A stretch of DNA of 64,000 bases. It comes from the human T2T-CHM13v2.0 reference genome, Homo sapiens. The notes below the pieces were generated by a model. It worked only from the letters and a program-made list of their open reading frames with translations. It was not told the origin of the DNA and searched no databases. The position numbers were made by a program, and so were the translations under genes. The DNA lies in assembly GCF_009914755.1 (NCBI RefSeq), contig NC_060933.1; one strand, written 5' to 3'. This document shows, one piece after another, positions 1 to 14,800 of the stretch. The stretch's first letter is position 1, and the number at the start of each line of letters is the position of its first letter.

Positions 1-41
1 CCATGCCCAGCCTCAATGTATGTTTTTAGTATCTTCTAAGC

Positions 42-525
42 CAGCAATCCTCAAAGGAGTCAGGGATGACTGGTCTCTGAGACCATTTCAGGGGATGCAT
101 GAGGTCAAATTATTTTTATAATAATACCAAGATATTCTTTTCCTTGTTTGCTCACATTCTCTCATAAGTATAGAATGCAATTTTCCAGAGGCTACATGAC
201 ATGTGACATCACAAGAGATTGAATGCAGGAGCAGATGTGAAGATCCAGCTGTTTTCCATTAAGTCAGACACTAAAGAGACTTGCAAACAGATAAAACAAC
301 ACCACTTTTTCACCAATTTTTTATTTTCAAAGATAGTTATTTTTTATGAAAATAATAATGTTTACATGTAATAAAGATATTGTTTCTTTCAAATAAATAT
401 TTCTGTTTTAATTTCTAACACAGTAAATATATAGATATAACTCACATATATAAAAGCTCTTTGGGGTCTTCAATATTTTTTAGAGTGAAAAGTAACCCTG
501 AGAATAAAAAGTTTGAGAACTACTA
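42..525. mobile_element. hAT-Charlie non-autonomous DNA transposon (Charlie4a/MER80-like)
   Basis: Degenerate hAT termini (ccagcaatcctcaaa ... gtttgagaactact) and the internal Charlie signature ttttccagaggctacatgacatgtga...gattgaatgcagg...atccagctg...aagtcagaca. Subfamily by eye. Confidence 0.6.
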
Positions 526-842
526 AGTAAATGTCTTGCAAATGGTCTCAATCTCCTTATGTAACAAGCTCCTAGATTAGCAGTTTCTATCTCCTTATGT
601 AACAAGATCGTCAATCAGTCTGGCTTTAGTCATGATTGTAGTAGCCAAGACTGAATCAAAGAAAATAGGGCTTATGGAAACTAAGAAACAATGAAGGGCT
701 TATATATTCCGTCAAAGAATATTGGGAAGATATTTATTCTGTCTCCACAAATTGTGTCATGCTTCATGCTTCATGACTGTATATTTACATTCATGATTTT
801 ATTCAATGCTCAGAACTTAGGTAGACAGAAAAGGTGTTAGTC

Positions 843-976
843 CAGCTACTCGGGAGGCTGAGGCAGGAGAATCGCTTGAACCCTGGAGGCGGAGGCTGCA
901 GTGAGCCAGATAGCACCACTGCACTCCAGCCTGGGTGACAGAGTGAGACTTCATCTCAAGAAAAAAAAAAAAAAAA
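843..976 (+). mobile_element. 5'-truncated Alu (right arm only) inserted in a MIR
   Basis: Right-arm consensus plus A tail; 16-bp TSD agaaaaggtgttagtc at 827-842 and 977-992. Confidence 0.9.
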
Positions 977-992
977 AGAAAAGGTGTTAGTC

Positions 993-1120
993 TCCTGATT
1001 TTACAGGTGAGGAAATTGACCTAGAGGAGCTCAGTGAATTGAGCCATGGCCACAAAGCTAACAGGCTGGACTGGGATTGGAACGTAGGTATCTGTGATGC
1101 CCTATCTAGTGCTCTTTCCA
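993..1120. mobile_element. MIR SINE fragment
   Basis: MIR core attttacaggtgaggaaattgac...ggattggaacgtagg. Confidence 0.6.
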
Positions 1121-1512
1121 TGTAGCAGAACGTAAGAATTTTATGTAAATATTCTCCAAGTTAACTTTGAATCTCAGTAGTTTGTAACTCCATAATTCTT
1201 AATCAATGTTATCCTCCTGGTATTGTTTTCTTCAAAAAAAGTCAACATCATTTTTTTTCTCTAAAACTTACTCTCACCAAACCTGAAAAGAGCTTAAGAG
1301 AAGCTAATTTTCTGGAAGCATCTTTATACTTGAAGGGTAGAAAAGTATCCATCTTGTCTTTACATTGACTAAAAGTAAGCATAGTCTAATGGGAACTAGA
1401 AGCAAATATATCTTCTGAGAAAGAACTAAGAGTTAATACATATTCCATAAAAAGGCTGGAGACTGTCTTTAGCAGACTGATAGCAGTTAAGTACCTTAAG
1501 AGAACCAAGTGA

Positions 1513-1833
<321 letters not shown>

Positions 1834-2457
1834 AAGAACCAACTGAGTTTTTAAATCAAAAAAAAAAAAAAAAAAAGCTTTTCGCAATCCTTTCCTAAAA
1901 CCAGGTGTTGAATAGTTGTCTCATGATTTATCGATAATTTTCTGTTCTCTCTAAAGCTCTGCACAACTTGATGGATTTTCCTCCACAATTGGATTTATTT
2001 CTTAAACCCATTATTAAGTAATGTCTGACACTTCCATTTCTGCTTGAGATTAATGGCATGCCAAATTCTAATTTATAGAATCAACTAAAATGTCATATAA
2101 AATGCAAAACATGAATTGTTTACTGAGTAAGGTGGTCTGGTTTTAAGGAGACAAAGATCATAGTTTCAATTTGGGAGTGGCTAAAGAGATTAAAATCACA
2201 AAGACAAACTCTGTTACGGCTACATTCACAAGAATACCAATAATTTGAAGTAACTGAGCCAGATACTTAGAGCCAGGAGTACCTTTAAGCATGGTTGTTA
2301 GGTAGGCTTCAAAAATTTCTAAATATAAAAGCATTTTAATACTTATTAATGAATAATCAATCACTTTCAAAATATGTCAATGCCTTCTACTAAGAAGGAG
2401 CTTTTTTGACTTCTCCAAATAAAGCTTAAACAAATGAAGTATAAACTTCCAACTTTT

Positions 2458-2849
<392 letters not shown>

Positions 2850-5149
2850 TTAGTTATTTTGTTATTAGTAGTAAAACTGTGGAATTACGGAGAAGGAGCT
2901 GGGTTTGAGAGCTGGAATGGTGAGTGAAGAAATAGTTTTTCTTTTGAAACTACCTCCTTAAATTTGACTAGAGAATTCTAAACCATCCCCCCATGACTGA
3001 AATGAAAGATCACAAATCTGCCAACTTTTGGTGTTGGAACTGTTTTTATAACAGAAGGATGGAAGGCTACACTTGCCAAAACAAGAGAGTGAGGGGGGAG
3101 AAATCCTTCCATTCTAAATGAAGATCCTTTAGAGTACCCGGGAATGGCAAATCAACACTAAGTTGTATTTTCTCCTAAGCAAGTCATCACATTTCAGCAG
3201 CAATTTAGCTTTAGCAAAAACAATAATAAATTCCCTTTACAAAAAGGCCAGCTACCATAGTCACAGGTTGGGCCGTATGGTCATCAGAGAATTCGAAAAG
3301 AAAGCAAGCTTTGAAAATGTGGCCTGCTGTGCTTTTGTACACTCCCAGACTACTGCCACAATAAAGCATTCCTGGACAGTTGCAGAGTTAGGGAGGCAAT
3401 TTCCCCAGAATAGCTGATAAAATGCCCCATCTATTTTCATAAACTGCTGCAAACAAAGGCTCTTCACCTGAGTATTTTCAGGCATCACTGAGTTTACCTC
3501 TACATTAAAAAAAAAAAAAGTGTTCATCAATGTAAATTAATGGCCCCCATTATACAAATTGAAACTTGGGAATTTATTCCTGTTTTTTTTTTTTAACTTG
3601 GGAATTTAGAAAAGATGCAACATCCAAGAGGGTTCAGAATTTCTTTTTCTTTAAACCAAGCTCTATTTCTATGTCTATGCATCCATGCAATGGCACATTG
3701 CCTTTCTACTCCATATTAGAAATTTATAGCATATGTTTTCAAATTATTTACTAGTATACATAAATATTAATTAAATGGATGATTTCTTTTAAGATTATGT
3801 TTAATTGCAATGTAACATAAATCTTGGCCAAGTAAATATCTTGAGACATTTATGGCAGATTCTGCCCCCTAGGCAAAGGTTTCTTGAGCTCTGTTTTGTG
3901 GGAGTGTAGCATCTGCTTACTATCAAGAGGCAAGCAAATGCATTTTATGGTGACTGTTTCCTGAAGAAATAAACAGGGGGAAAAAACCTTAATTTTTCAA
4001 CATCCATTGTTTTAAACCTTAAAAAACCTTAAATTTAGCAGCACTTTTACAACTAACGATCTGGTTTTATAGCAAGAACCTAGAGCTGGGGGAACTCTAT
4101 TTCCTTTAGAGCCACTTGAAAGTAGACAATTGCTCTGTTAAGTGGTCTCTTGGCAGTAGGATATGTTAGATATCTTTTCAGTCAAGCCAAAACTGATTTA
4201 AAGAATCTTGAAATGGCCACATCTCTTTAAACATGTCTGATTCATAGGTTATCTAAATGCTGTTTTATGGTATTTTATATGCTAAAAACCTGTTGATTTT
4301 GTTACTTTTAGAATCAAACCAAGTAAATGTTCTCCTCTCTAAAAAAAATCTTAGTTCAGAATCTAACTAGCAGGGGGCTGCTCTTTGGTGGTCTCCTGGG
4401 CGAATGTAATCGAGCATTTATGATGCGGTCATCTGGCAAACAGACCTTTGGTTCAGTTCGTTACTAAGCTACAGTCACTGGAGTCAAGGATTCTAATCCT
4501 AGGACAACTTTTAACCTCCCACAGAATTTGCTTTCTGTGGGTTACACTTTGGCAATACTTTTCTCTTGACTTACATTAAGGGACACTGTGTATACATGTA
4601 GAACACCCACTGTTTCATTTATTGTTAGGATTGTAGCTTTAAAAATATTGTTAATTACATCAGGAATTTTTAAAAACTAATATTTATAAGACATGTAGTA
4701 TGCTACCACTTTGTATGCTTCACTTCATTTAAAATTTTAAAACTCTCAACAATACTGTGAGGAAAGCACTTTTATTATGATTTTGCCCACAGAGAATACA
4801 GGCTTAGGAGCTGTAAATGAAAAGAACAAAGAATAGAAGTCAGGTCTATCTAATGCCAAAAAAACAGCTATCCACAGCTATCCAGCATATGAGACCCTCA
4901 TGGAAAAGCTATCTGAGGTCTAGTCACTCAAGGAGGCTTCTAATTTTCCAGGGTGCAGCATGCTTTTCTTTGTGGACAATGAAGAGCATGCAATCTGCAT
5001 TGTATTCAGTTCTCTTACTTTGGCCACGACTAAGCTCTTCTTCTTTTTTTCTTTTTTTAATAGAGAATAGTACAAAGTAGAAAGTTTTTAAAACTAACAA
5101 AATTCTATCATCCAGAAATCCCTGAAATCAGCTCTTTCTGAAGATAAAA

Positions 5150-5520
5150 ATAACTGATGATATGCAATGTTGGTGAGAGAAATACAAGACAGTCACATTT
5201 ATATCCTGCTAGTGCAAGAGAAAAGAGGGGAAATCTTTCTGGAAAGCCATTTGGCAGCTAACTAAAGAGTTTTAAATGTCTGGTCCTTTGGCTTAGCAAT
5301 ATCACTTAAAGGACACTGTCCTACATCATTAGGAAAAGGAAAAAAAATTTATAACTTTTAAGTTATTTTATGAACGTATAAGTAATTTTATATATAATAC
5401 TTTGATCATCAGGTATTATTTATTTCTAAAAGAATAGAATTAGAAACAACAAACACCTAAAATTAGAAAATTTTTTAAATTGTGATATATACAAAAAATA
5501 AACTACCACACCTCTTTAAA
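5150..5520 (+). mobile_element. Ancient L1M 3' fragment
   Basis: Degraded L1 ORF2-end motifs (gttggtgag..., tctttctggaaagccatttggca, gcaatatcactt). Confidence 0.45.
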
Positions 5521-5711
5521 ATTCAAATTACTAGGCCAGGTACACCTATAATCCCTGCATTTTGGGAAGCTGAGGTGGGAGGATTGCTTGAGGCCAAGAG
5601 TCTGAAAAATCATTTCAGTTATGGTATAATTTAAGTGAAAAAAGCAAGCCATAATATGATATTATGTAATTAAAAAAATTAGTTATTTCAATAGGTAATA
5701 TAGTGATATTA

Positions 5712-6250
<539 letters not shown>

Positions 6251-7083
6251 ATAGCTAAAAACCTGAGTTTTTTCCTCTATTCCAGGCTCTGTTTTAATCC
6301 CTTCTTATGGATTCTTTTATTTAGTCTTTGTAACAACACTGTAAAATAAACACTCGGTTTTTAAAAATAACTCTAAAAACTATTTTGAAATAACTTCTCA
6401 CTTATAGAAAACTTGTAAGAATACTATAAAGAACTGTTCTACACTGTTCACTTGGATTTACCAATTAACAATTTGCCATATTTGCTTTATCTTTCTTTGT
6501 TTCTCTGTCTCTGTCTGTCTCTTTCTAGATACACACACACTTTCTGAACAAGTTGGGCAAGTTGTGTATATCTTGTTCTTTTATCCCTAAATATTTCACT
6601 GTATGTTTCCTTAGAAAAAGGGCATTTTGTTATATAATCACAGTATAAAAATTAATATCAGGAGATTTTACACTTACACAATACTTTCATGCTGTATTGT
6701 CTCAATAACATCCATCATAGCAAATTTTTTTGAGATCCAGGATTTAATCTTGGATCACTCATTGCATTCAGATGTTGTATCTCTTTAGTCTCTTTCAATC
6801 TGATACAGTTCCTCAGCTTTTGTTTTTAATGACAGTAAACTTTTGTAAATGCTTGGGCCATGCATTTTGTAGATTTCCCCTAAATTTCTGTTTGTCTTCA
6901 TTTTTATGGTGTTTGCAAATTAGTGATCTTCTAACTCCATCATTCCTGAATTTCTCCTGTAAGAAAGAGATTTCTTTTTTCTTTTATTTATTTACTTATT
7001 GTCACTATGGACTCACAATTCTTACTTTATTCAGTGAGTTATAATCCTGTATTGTTGCTATTTATTTTCTTTTTTATAAGTCC

Positions 7084-7627
7084 TGTGATGGTTAATTTTA
7101 TGTGTCAACTTAATTGGACCACAGGATGCCCAGATATTTGGTCAAACATGATTATGAATGTTTCTGTGAGGATGTTTTTGGATGAGATCAACATTCAAAT
7201 TAGTAGGCTGAGTAAAGCAAATTGCCCTTTTAATGTGGGTGGGCCTCATTCAATTAGCTAAGGCCTGAACAGAACAAAAAAAGTTAGCTCTCCTTCACAA
7301 AAGAGAGCATTCTTTCTGCCGGGTGGCCTTCGAGCTGGGAGGTCGATTTTTCCTGCCTTCAGACTAACTGAGATATTGTTTCTCCCTAGGTCTTGAATCT
7401 GCTGGCCTTTGGACTGAAACAACACCATTGATTCTCTTGGTTCTCAGCCCCTCAGGCCCACATGGAAACTATACCATCAGCTCTTCCAGGTCTCCAGCTC
7501 GCCACATAGATCTTGAGACTTGCCAAGACCTTCATTATTGCATGAGCCATTTTTTCATAACACGTCTCTTGTTTTTTATTGACCCATTCATCCTATTGGT
7601 TCTGTTTCTCTGAAGATCCCTAATACA
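7084..7627 (+). mobile_element. MLT2 (ERVL) solo LTR
   Basis: Starts tgtgatggttaattttatgtgtcaact and ends cctattggttctgtttctctg...taataca. Confidence 0.85.
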
Positions 7628-8559
7628 AACTCCCATTGTTTTTTAAGTACATCTTTACTTTTTAGCCAAGAATATGTTCCAGGCTTATCTTGGTTTTTCT
7701 CTTCCCTGGCCCTGGAATCAGTCATGAATTCTAGCACCACTATCTATTTTTAATGGGGCATGATATTTGTAAGCAAAAGTGCATTGTTGGTATTGTTGTT
7801 TGCTTCTAAGTCTTTTTAGCAGGCAGTTAGGGAATGTGTGTGTGTCCATAGATACATATAGATGTATCTGTATACACCTATAATAGTGTTAATGTGCATA
7901 TATACATCTATAAGTGGACAAGCATATATACACATATGTGTGTATATAGATATACAGATATTCATACTAATACCTCTAATTACAATCCAACACCAAACAC
8001 TACAGTGTTCCTCACAGCCTTCCTGTTTTTTATTGGTATCCTTGTTCTCAAACTATGAAAATCTGGTTGTCAGCATAATCAATATATTTACTCATTTGCT
8101 CAGTCCTACCATACACAGAAAGTAATTTCAGAATAGCTAACCCATACATTGTGGAAATCAAACCTAATATATATAGTTCAGCTTTGTCTTTTAGTGGACA
8201 ATAGCCAAAGTTCTATGAGTTTGTTCTTTTTCACTGTTCAGTATGGTCATGTTATTCATTTAAAGGTTAGGTTGATCTACTTCTGTTTGTATTCCATTTT
8301 AGGGTTTTTCCCCTACACCCTTGTTGATCTAATTTTTTTCAGAGTGAAAAACATGAGCATGATGCCAAAAGTCAAAACTTCACTTTTGCCTTGTTCCTAT
8401 CCATCTCCTGCAGGTAATCAATCTCGTTAGTTTCCGATTCATCCTTCCTGAGATGTATATTATCACTTTCGTTTCTTACAGGACATATAGCATACTCTAT
8501 GTACTCCTATGCCTTTTGCTTTTTTCGCAGTAAATTATTTCATCTTTGTTTATGGAGAT

Positions 8560-8841
8560 TTTTTAAGAATCTCCCTCTGTCACCAGGCTGGAGTGTAGTG
8601 GCTTAATCATGTTTTACTCCATCTTTGGCCTCCTGGGCTCAGGTAATCCTCCTACCTCAGCCTCCTGAGTAGCTGGGACTACAGGTGCATGCCACCATAC
8701 CCAGTAAATTTTTAAATTTTTTGTAGAGAAACGGTCTTGCCATGTTGCCGAGGCTGGTCTCGAACTCCTGAGCACAAGTGATCTACCTGCCTCGACCTCC
8801 CAAAGTGCTGGGATTATAGGCATAAGCCACTGCACCCAGAC
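8560..8841 (-). mobile_element. AluJ
   Basis: Diverged minus-strand Alu dimer; flanking repeat tggagat. Confidence 0.85.
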
Positions 8842-10116
8842 TGGAGATATTTTTGCAGTTTTTCATGATGTGGATGTTCCATACCTTATTCAATAAAAAT
8901 GTCCTATATTTGGGGATTTAGGTCATTTCTAATACTTTAAAATTATAAATAATACTACATTGAATAACCTTGTGCATATATATTTTTATATTGTTGAGAT
9001 CTATCTTCAGAGTAAATTCCTTGAAGTGGGATTATTGTACCAAAATGTAAACACACTGTGGTCTGATTAGGCATTGCCACATTCCACTCCATACGGATGT
9101 ACCATTTTGTGCTTTCACTAGCAATATGTGGACTTGCCTGTTTTTTTCCTGCCTCCCTGAAAAAGTATATTGTCAAGCTTTTTAATTTTTTGCCATTAGT
9201 TTGCACTTTTCTCATAACATTAAACATTTTGTATATGATTAAAATTAAACATTTTGTATGTGTTTAATGGCCATTTCAATCTTTTTTGGTGAGTTATCCC
9301 TCATGTCTCTTATTTTATAATAAATCTCTAGTAGAAAAATATTTTTCTCATAGAAGAACATTTGCCAATTTTTCTATTAGGTTTTTGCTATCATCCCTCT
9401 TGAGCACATGAAGCAACTGGCTCAAAGAAGAATAACCCAGGGCCATTCATGTAGGAATTGCTGGAGCTGAAACTGGATATTACCATATAAAGAGAAAATT
9501 GCACAACATAATTTTTGTTGTTCTTTGCACTTTTCTATGTGACTCCCAAAATTTCCTGCCAGAGTATTCAGATATTACTTTGATAATTAAGAGGAAAAAT
9601 GAAGTAAATTTTTTTAAATGAAAGAAATAGAAGAAAACCCAGCTGTTCCTTAAGTCACAACAGCTTTCCACAGTCTGCCAGGAGAATCTGCACCTGGAAG
9701 GTGGGAGCAGCCAAGCATGCAGGCTGCCACCTGCCAAAGGCTAGAGGAGTTTACCCTATTTGTGTTTATTTTAAATGAAAAAGTAAAAACAAAAGGAGAA
9801 GTAAGTAGAAAATATTGATAAGGTGACATTTGAGATGAATGATGCTTCATACTGAACCCAAGCTGCAAGTGGGGAAGAGAGACACACCCTCTAAAATCCA
9901 TGACTTGAGATTCTCAAGAGAAATAAGAAGGAGGGAAAGGAGAGAGCTCACCAGTAAGACATAAATCTCAGAGGCTGTCTGGGAGTCTCAGGAGTGGCTC
10001 GAGTGAGGTTTTCAGCATAGAGAGGAATGAAGAAGTTATGCAACAAATCTGCTACTTCGGAAAACTGAAAAACGGTGAAGGCTGGGGAGATGAGGCATAC
10101 ATCATTCGTCTGCTAG

Positions 10117-10252
10117 GCAGTGGATTTCAGTCCCGACCGTAATTAACATCACCAGAGGAACATTTAAAGCAAGCAGATGTTTGGGCCCCATCCTTAGAAA
10201 TTAAATCAGAATCTCAGGGGTGGGATGCTAAGATCCTGTTGAGAACCGCAGG
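10117..10252. mobile_element. MER5A-like hAT MITE fragment
   Basis: catcaccagaggaacatttaaa...gggccccatcc...aatcagaatctcaggggtggg...ttgagaacc. Confidence 0.6.
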
Positions 10253-10419
10253 TCTAGCAAATGTACAAGAGGCACAGGACTTCATGGATGTTTTCAGAGT
10301 ATCTTTCAAGGATAAGAGAAAGAGATCAGCTCTGGATTTTAACTCAACAAATCTACCTATCAGTGCAGATAAAGAAATTATGTCACCATTGTTCCCATCA
10401 TTATCATCATCATCCTCAT

Positions 10420-10590
10420 CATCGTAGCTCCCATTTAATAAACACCTGATTATGCCCCAGATTCTATGGTAGGTACTTTATACTCCTTACATATTTTATT
10501 CTTCACAGCAACTCTTCAGGATAGTTTCGGTTTATTTAAGAGTTGATGAAATGAAGGCTTAGAGAGATTAAAAAATTTATCCAAGTCAAT
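10420..10590. mobile_element. MIR fragment
   Basis: tattttattcttcacagcaactct...gatgaaatgaaggcttagagagattaa. Confidence 0.55.
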
Positions 10591-10720
10591 TATTGGCATT
10601 TTTTTAATCCCATTCAGTACTGTGATTATATAACATTGGTTCATATTTATCAACTTCACCAACTATACTTTCTTTAAAATAAAGCAATTTCACTCCTGGA
10701 TAATACAACCAAGAGAATTG

Positions 10721-11122
10721 TATATTAGGCTATTTTTGGTTTGCCATTAAAAAAAAACCTGAGACTGGGTAATTTATACAGAAAATAGGTTTATTTGGCT
10801 CATGGTTCTGCAGGCTGTAAACAAAGCACAGTGCCAGCATCTGTTTCTGGTAAGGGCCTCAGGAAGCTTCCAATCATGGAAGATGGTGAAAGGGGAGCAG
10901 ACGTCTCACATGGCTAGAGCAGGAACAAGACGAAGGGAGGTGCCACATACTTTTAAACAATCAAATCTCATAAGAACTCACTCACTATCACAAGGACAGC
11001 ACCAAGCTATTTGTGAGGTACCTGCCCTCATCACCCAAACACCTCCCACCAGGCCCCACTTTCAACATTGGGGATTACATTCAACATGCAATTTGGAGAG
11101 GACAAACATTCAAACTATATCA
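10721..11122 (-). mobile_element. MST (ERVL-MaLR, MSTA/B-like) solo LTR
   Basis: cctgagactgggtaatttata...ggctcatggttctgcaggctgt...atttggagaggacaaacattcaaactatatca. Confidence 0.85.
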
Positions 11123-11231
11123 GAGTGCATATATCTGCAAAAAGACTTATGCAAAATAGTCATAGCAACTCTATTCGTAATAGCCACGACATAGAAACAA
11201 AACAAATGTGCATTAGCAGAAGAAAGAATAA

Positions 11232-11663
<432 letters not shown>

Positions 11664-11881
11664 TAGTACACATTAAGTGATTCCATTTATATATTTTTTA
11701 AATACAAAATTAAGTCATAGTGCTAGAAATCAGAATAATGGCTCAAATTAGGGGAGGGGGATGTAGATGGTCATATTGGCATATAGGAACATAAAAACTT
11801 ACTGACTTATACATTTAAGATCTGTGCATTTTACTATACGTAAATGAGGCCTCAATCAAGTTCTATAATTGAAAAATAAGT

Positions 11882-12174
11882 GACTGGGTAAGGTGGCTCA
11901 TGCCTACTGTAATCCCAACACTTTGGGAGGCCAAGGCAGGAAGATAATTTGAGCCAAGGAGTTTGAGACCAGCTTGGGCAACATAGTGAAACCCCATCTC
12001 TACAAAAAATAAGAAAAAAATTAGTCAGGTATGGTGATATGTGTCTGTAGTCCCAGTTACACAAGAGTCTAAGGTGGGAGCATCACTTGAGCCCAAGATT
12101 TCATGGCTGGAGTGGGCTATGATCGCACTACTACACTCCAGCCTAAGTGACAGAGTGAGACTCTGTCGCAAAAG
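11882..12174 (+). mobile_element. AluJ
   Basis: Alu dimer with J-type features (tttgagccaagg, cttgagcccaag, ctatgatcgc). Confidence 0.85.
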
Positions 12175-12207
12175 ATGATAGATTAGCTAGCTAGATAGAT
12201 AGATAGG

Positions 12208-12245
<38 letters not shown>

Positions 12246-12250
12246 TAGAC
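12175..12250. repeat. (GATA)n tetranucleotide microsatellite
   Basis: agatagatagat... run at the Alu tail. Confidence 0.9.
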
Positions 12251-12910
12251 AAATACATAGAAGCTTACCCAAGACCACAAAACTAGTGTCTGAGCCAAGA
12301 ACAGAATTGAGGTTTATCTGAGAAAAACTTATGATCTATAAATAGGGCCACTTCCTTCTAAGTGTGTATTAACTGCTCCCATCCAAGTATCAATTACTCA
12401 ACAGAAGTGAAAACAGCACAAATGCCTAACCTTATGACAATGATTAAGTAAATTATGATATGCCCCCCCCCAAAATGAAATATAATTCAGCCACTAAGTG
12501 ATGATTATGAAGGTTTAAAGCAATACAACTAAAGGCTTATGATACAATGTATTTGAAATAAAGCAGAATACTACATTGTTTCTATATACATTATTATAGC
12601 AATGTAAGCATTAGGAATGCAAATACATAAGGACTAGATGGGAGCATTAAAACTCAAAATCTGTTATAATTGAGGGATTATGGATGACTTTCTACATTTG
12701 ATTTTCATTATCATTACAATATTGTCTTGACAATGAAGTGGGTTGTTGTGATGAACACTTGGAATAGCATGTGATCCTTAGCAGGGAACATCAAAAAGGT
12801 GATGCAGGTTTGGAGAGTTCTCACCCAAAAGAGAAGAATAGGGCATTAGCGCCAAGACTTCCAGCCACAAGATGTTCAACGACTGCCAGAGGTTCCATAA
12901 AAGACTAACT

Positions 12911-14800
12911 AGGGAGGCAGAGCAAGATGTCCAAGTAGAAACCTCCATTGGTCATCTTCCTTGCAGGAACACCAAATTTAACAACTATTTACAGAAAAAA
13001 TCACCTTCATAAGAACCAAAAATCAGGTAAGTGATCATGGTACCTGGTTTTATCTTCGTATCACTAAAAGAGGCACTAAAGAGGGTAGGAAAGACTGTCT
13101 TGAACTGCCAACACCAACCCTCCACTGAGAATCTGTGCTCTTGGGGGAAAGAGAAAGCAGTGATTATGGGACTTCGCTTTGGAACTCAGTGCTACCAACA
13201 CCAGGCAGAACTCAGCTGATGACAAGCCTCTCCACCATGGGGTAAAGTGCTCCGGGCTCCTATATAAACTTGAAAGTAAGTCTAGGCAAGTCCCAGTGTT
13301 GTGCTGGGCTCAGAGCCAGTGGACTTAGGGGTCATATGACCTAGTAAGATGCCAGCCAGGGTGGCTAAAGGAGAGCTTGCATCATCCTTCCTCCAACCTT
13401 AGGCAGTGCAGCTCACAGCTCTGAAAGAGACCCCTTCCTTCCACTCGAGGAGAGGAGATGGAAGAGTAACGAGAACTTTGCCTTGCAACTTGGATACCAG
13501 CTCAGCCACATTGGATAGGGCACTGGAAAGAATTGTGACATCCCCATTCCAGGCATTAGCTCCCTGACAATATTTCTAGACACACCCTGGGCAAAAGGGA
13601 AAACCACTGCCAGAGCACTTGAGCCCTGATCAGCACTGGTAACCAGGTAGTACACAGTGAAGGAAACAATCAACAAAGTGAAGAGACAACCCATAGAATG
13701 GGAGAAAATATTTGCAAACTAACCATCTGACAAGGAATGAATAAGCAGAATATATAAGGAGCTCAAACAACTCTATCGCAAAAAATCTAATAATCTGATT
13801 TTTGAATGGGCAAAAGATCTGAATAGACATTTCTCAAAAGAAGACATACAAATAGCAAACAGGCATATGAAAAGGTGCTCAACATCATTGATCATCAGAG
13901 AAATGCAAATCAAAACCACAAGGAGATATCATCTCAGCACAGTTAAAATGGCTTTTATCCAAAAGACAGGCAATAACAAATGCTGGCGAGGATGTAGAGA
14001 AAAGGGAACCCTTATACACTATGTGTGGGAATGTAAGTTAGTACAACCACTATTGAGAACAGTTTGGAGCTTCTTCAAAAACCTAAAAATAGAGCTACAA
14101 TATGATCCAGCAACCCCACTGCTAGGTATATACCCAAAAGAAATCAGGATATCCAAGAGGCACCTGCACTTCTATGCTTACTGTAGCACCATACACAATA
14201 GACAAGATTTGGAAACAACCTGAGTCCATCAACAGATGATTGGATTAAGAAAATGTGGGACTTATAAACAACGGAATACTATTCAACCATAAAAAAGAAT
14301 AAGATCTTGTCATTTGCAACAACATGGACAGAACTGGAGGACATTATGTTAAGTGAAATAAGCCAGGCCCAGAAAAACTTTACATGTTCTCACTTATTTG
14401 TGGGAGCTAAAAATTAAAATAATTAAGCTCATGGAGAGAAAGAGTAGAATGAAGGTTACCAGAGTCTAGGAAGGGTAGTGGGGGTTGGGGGGCAAGTGGA
14501 GATGCTAATGAGTATTAAAAATAGTTTACAAGATTGAATAAGATTAGGATTTGATAGCACAGTGGGTGACTATAGTCAATAATAATTTAATTATAAATTT
14601 TAAAATAACTAAAACAGTGCAATTAGATTGTTTGTAACATAAAAAAAAATGCTTTTTATAAAAGGTGACAGATGTCCCATTTATCCTGATGTGATTATTA
14701 CAGATTGTATGCCTGTATCAAAATATCTCATATACCCTATAAATATATATATATATATCTAATATGTACCCACAAAATTAAAAATAAACTTATTTTTTTT
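12911..14800 (+). mobile_element. Internally deleted L1MA (L1MA1/2-like): 5'UTR joined directly to ORF2 C-terminus and 3'UTR
   Basis: L1M-type 5' end (ggaggcagagcaagatg) to about 13650; ORF2 end (ORF 13867-14223, [18 protein letters not shown]...CWRGC); L1MA 3'UTR; imperfect TSD aaagac(t/a)aact at 12900-12910 and 14801-14811. Confidence 0.8.

Larger units (their letters stand above)
6370..9400 (-). mobile_element. Ancient L1MC/MD-type 3' region interrupted by MLT2 and AluJ
   Basis: Minus-strand L1M 3'UTR motifs (tattttgaaataact...atttgccatatttgcttta; gaataaccttgtgcata...gaagtgggatt...gcaatatg). Confidence 0.55.

Noticed and set aside
3261-3530. Minus-strand ORF behind a poly-T/AG acceptor-like site
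   Set aside because: No recognisable protein and no partner exons; insufficient support.
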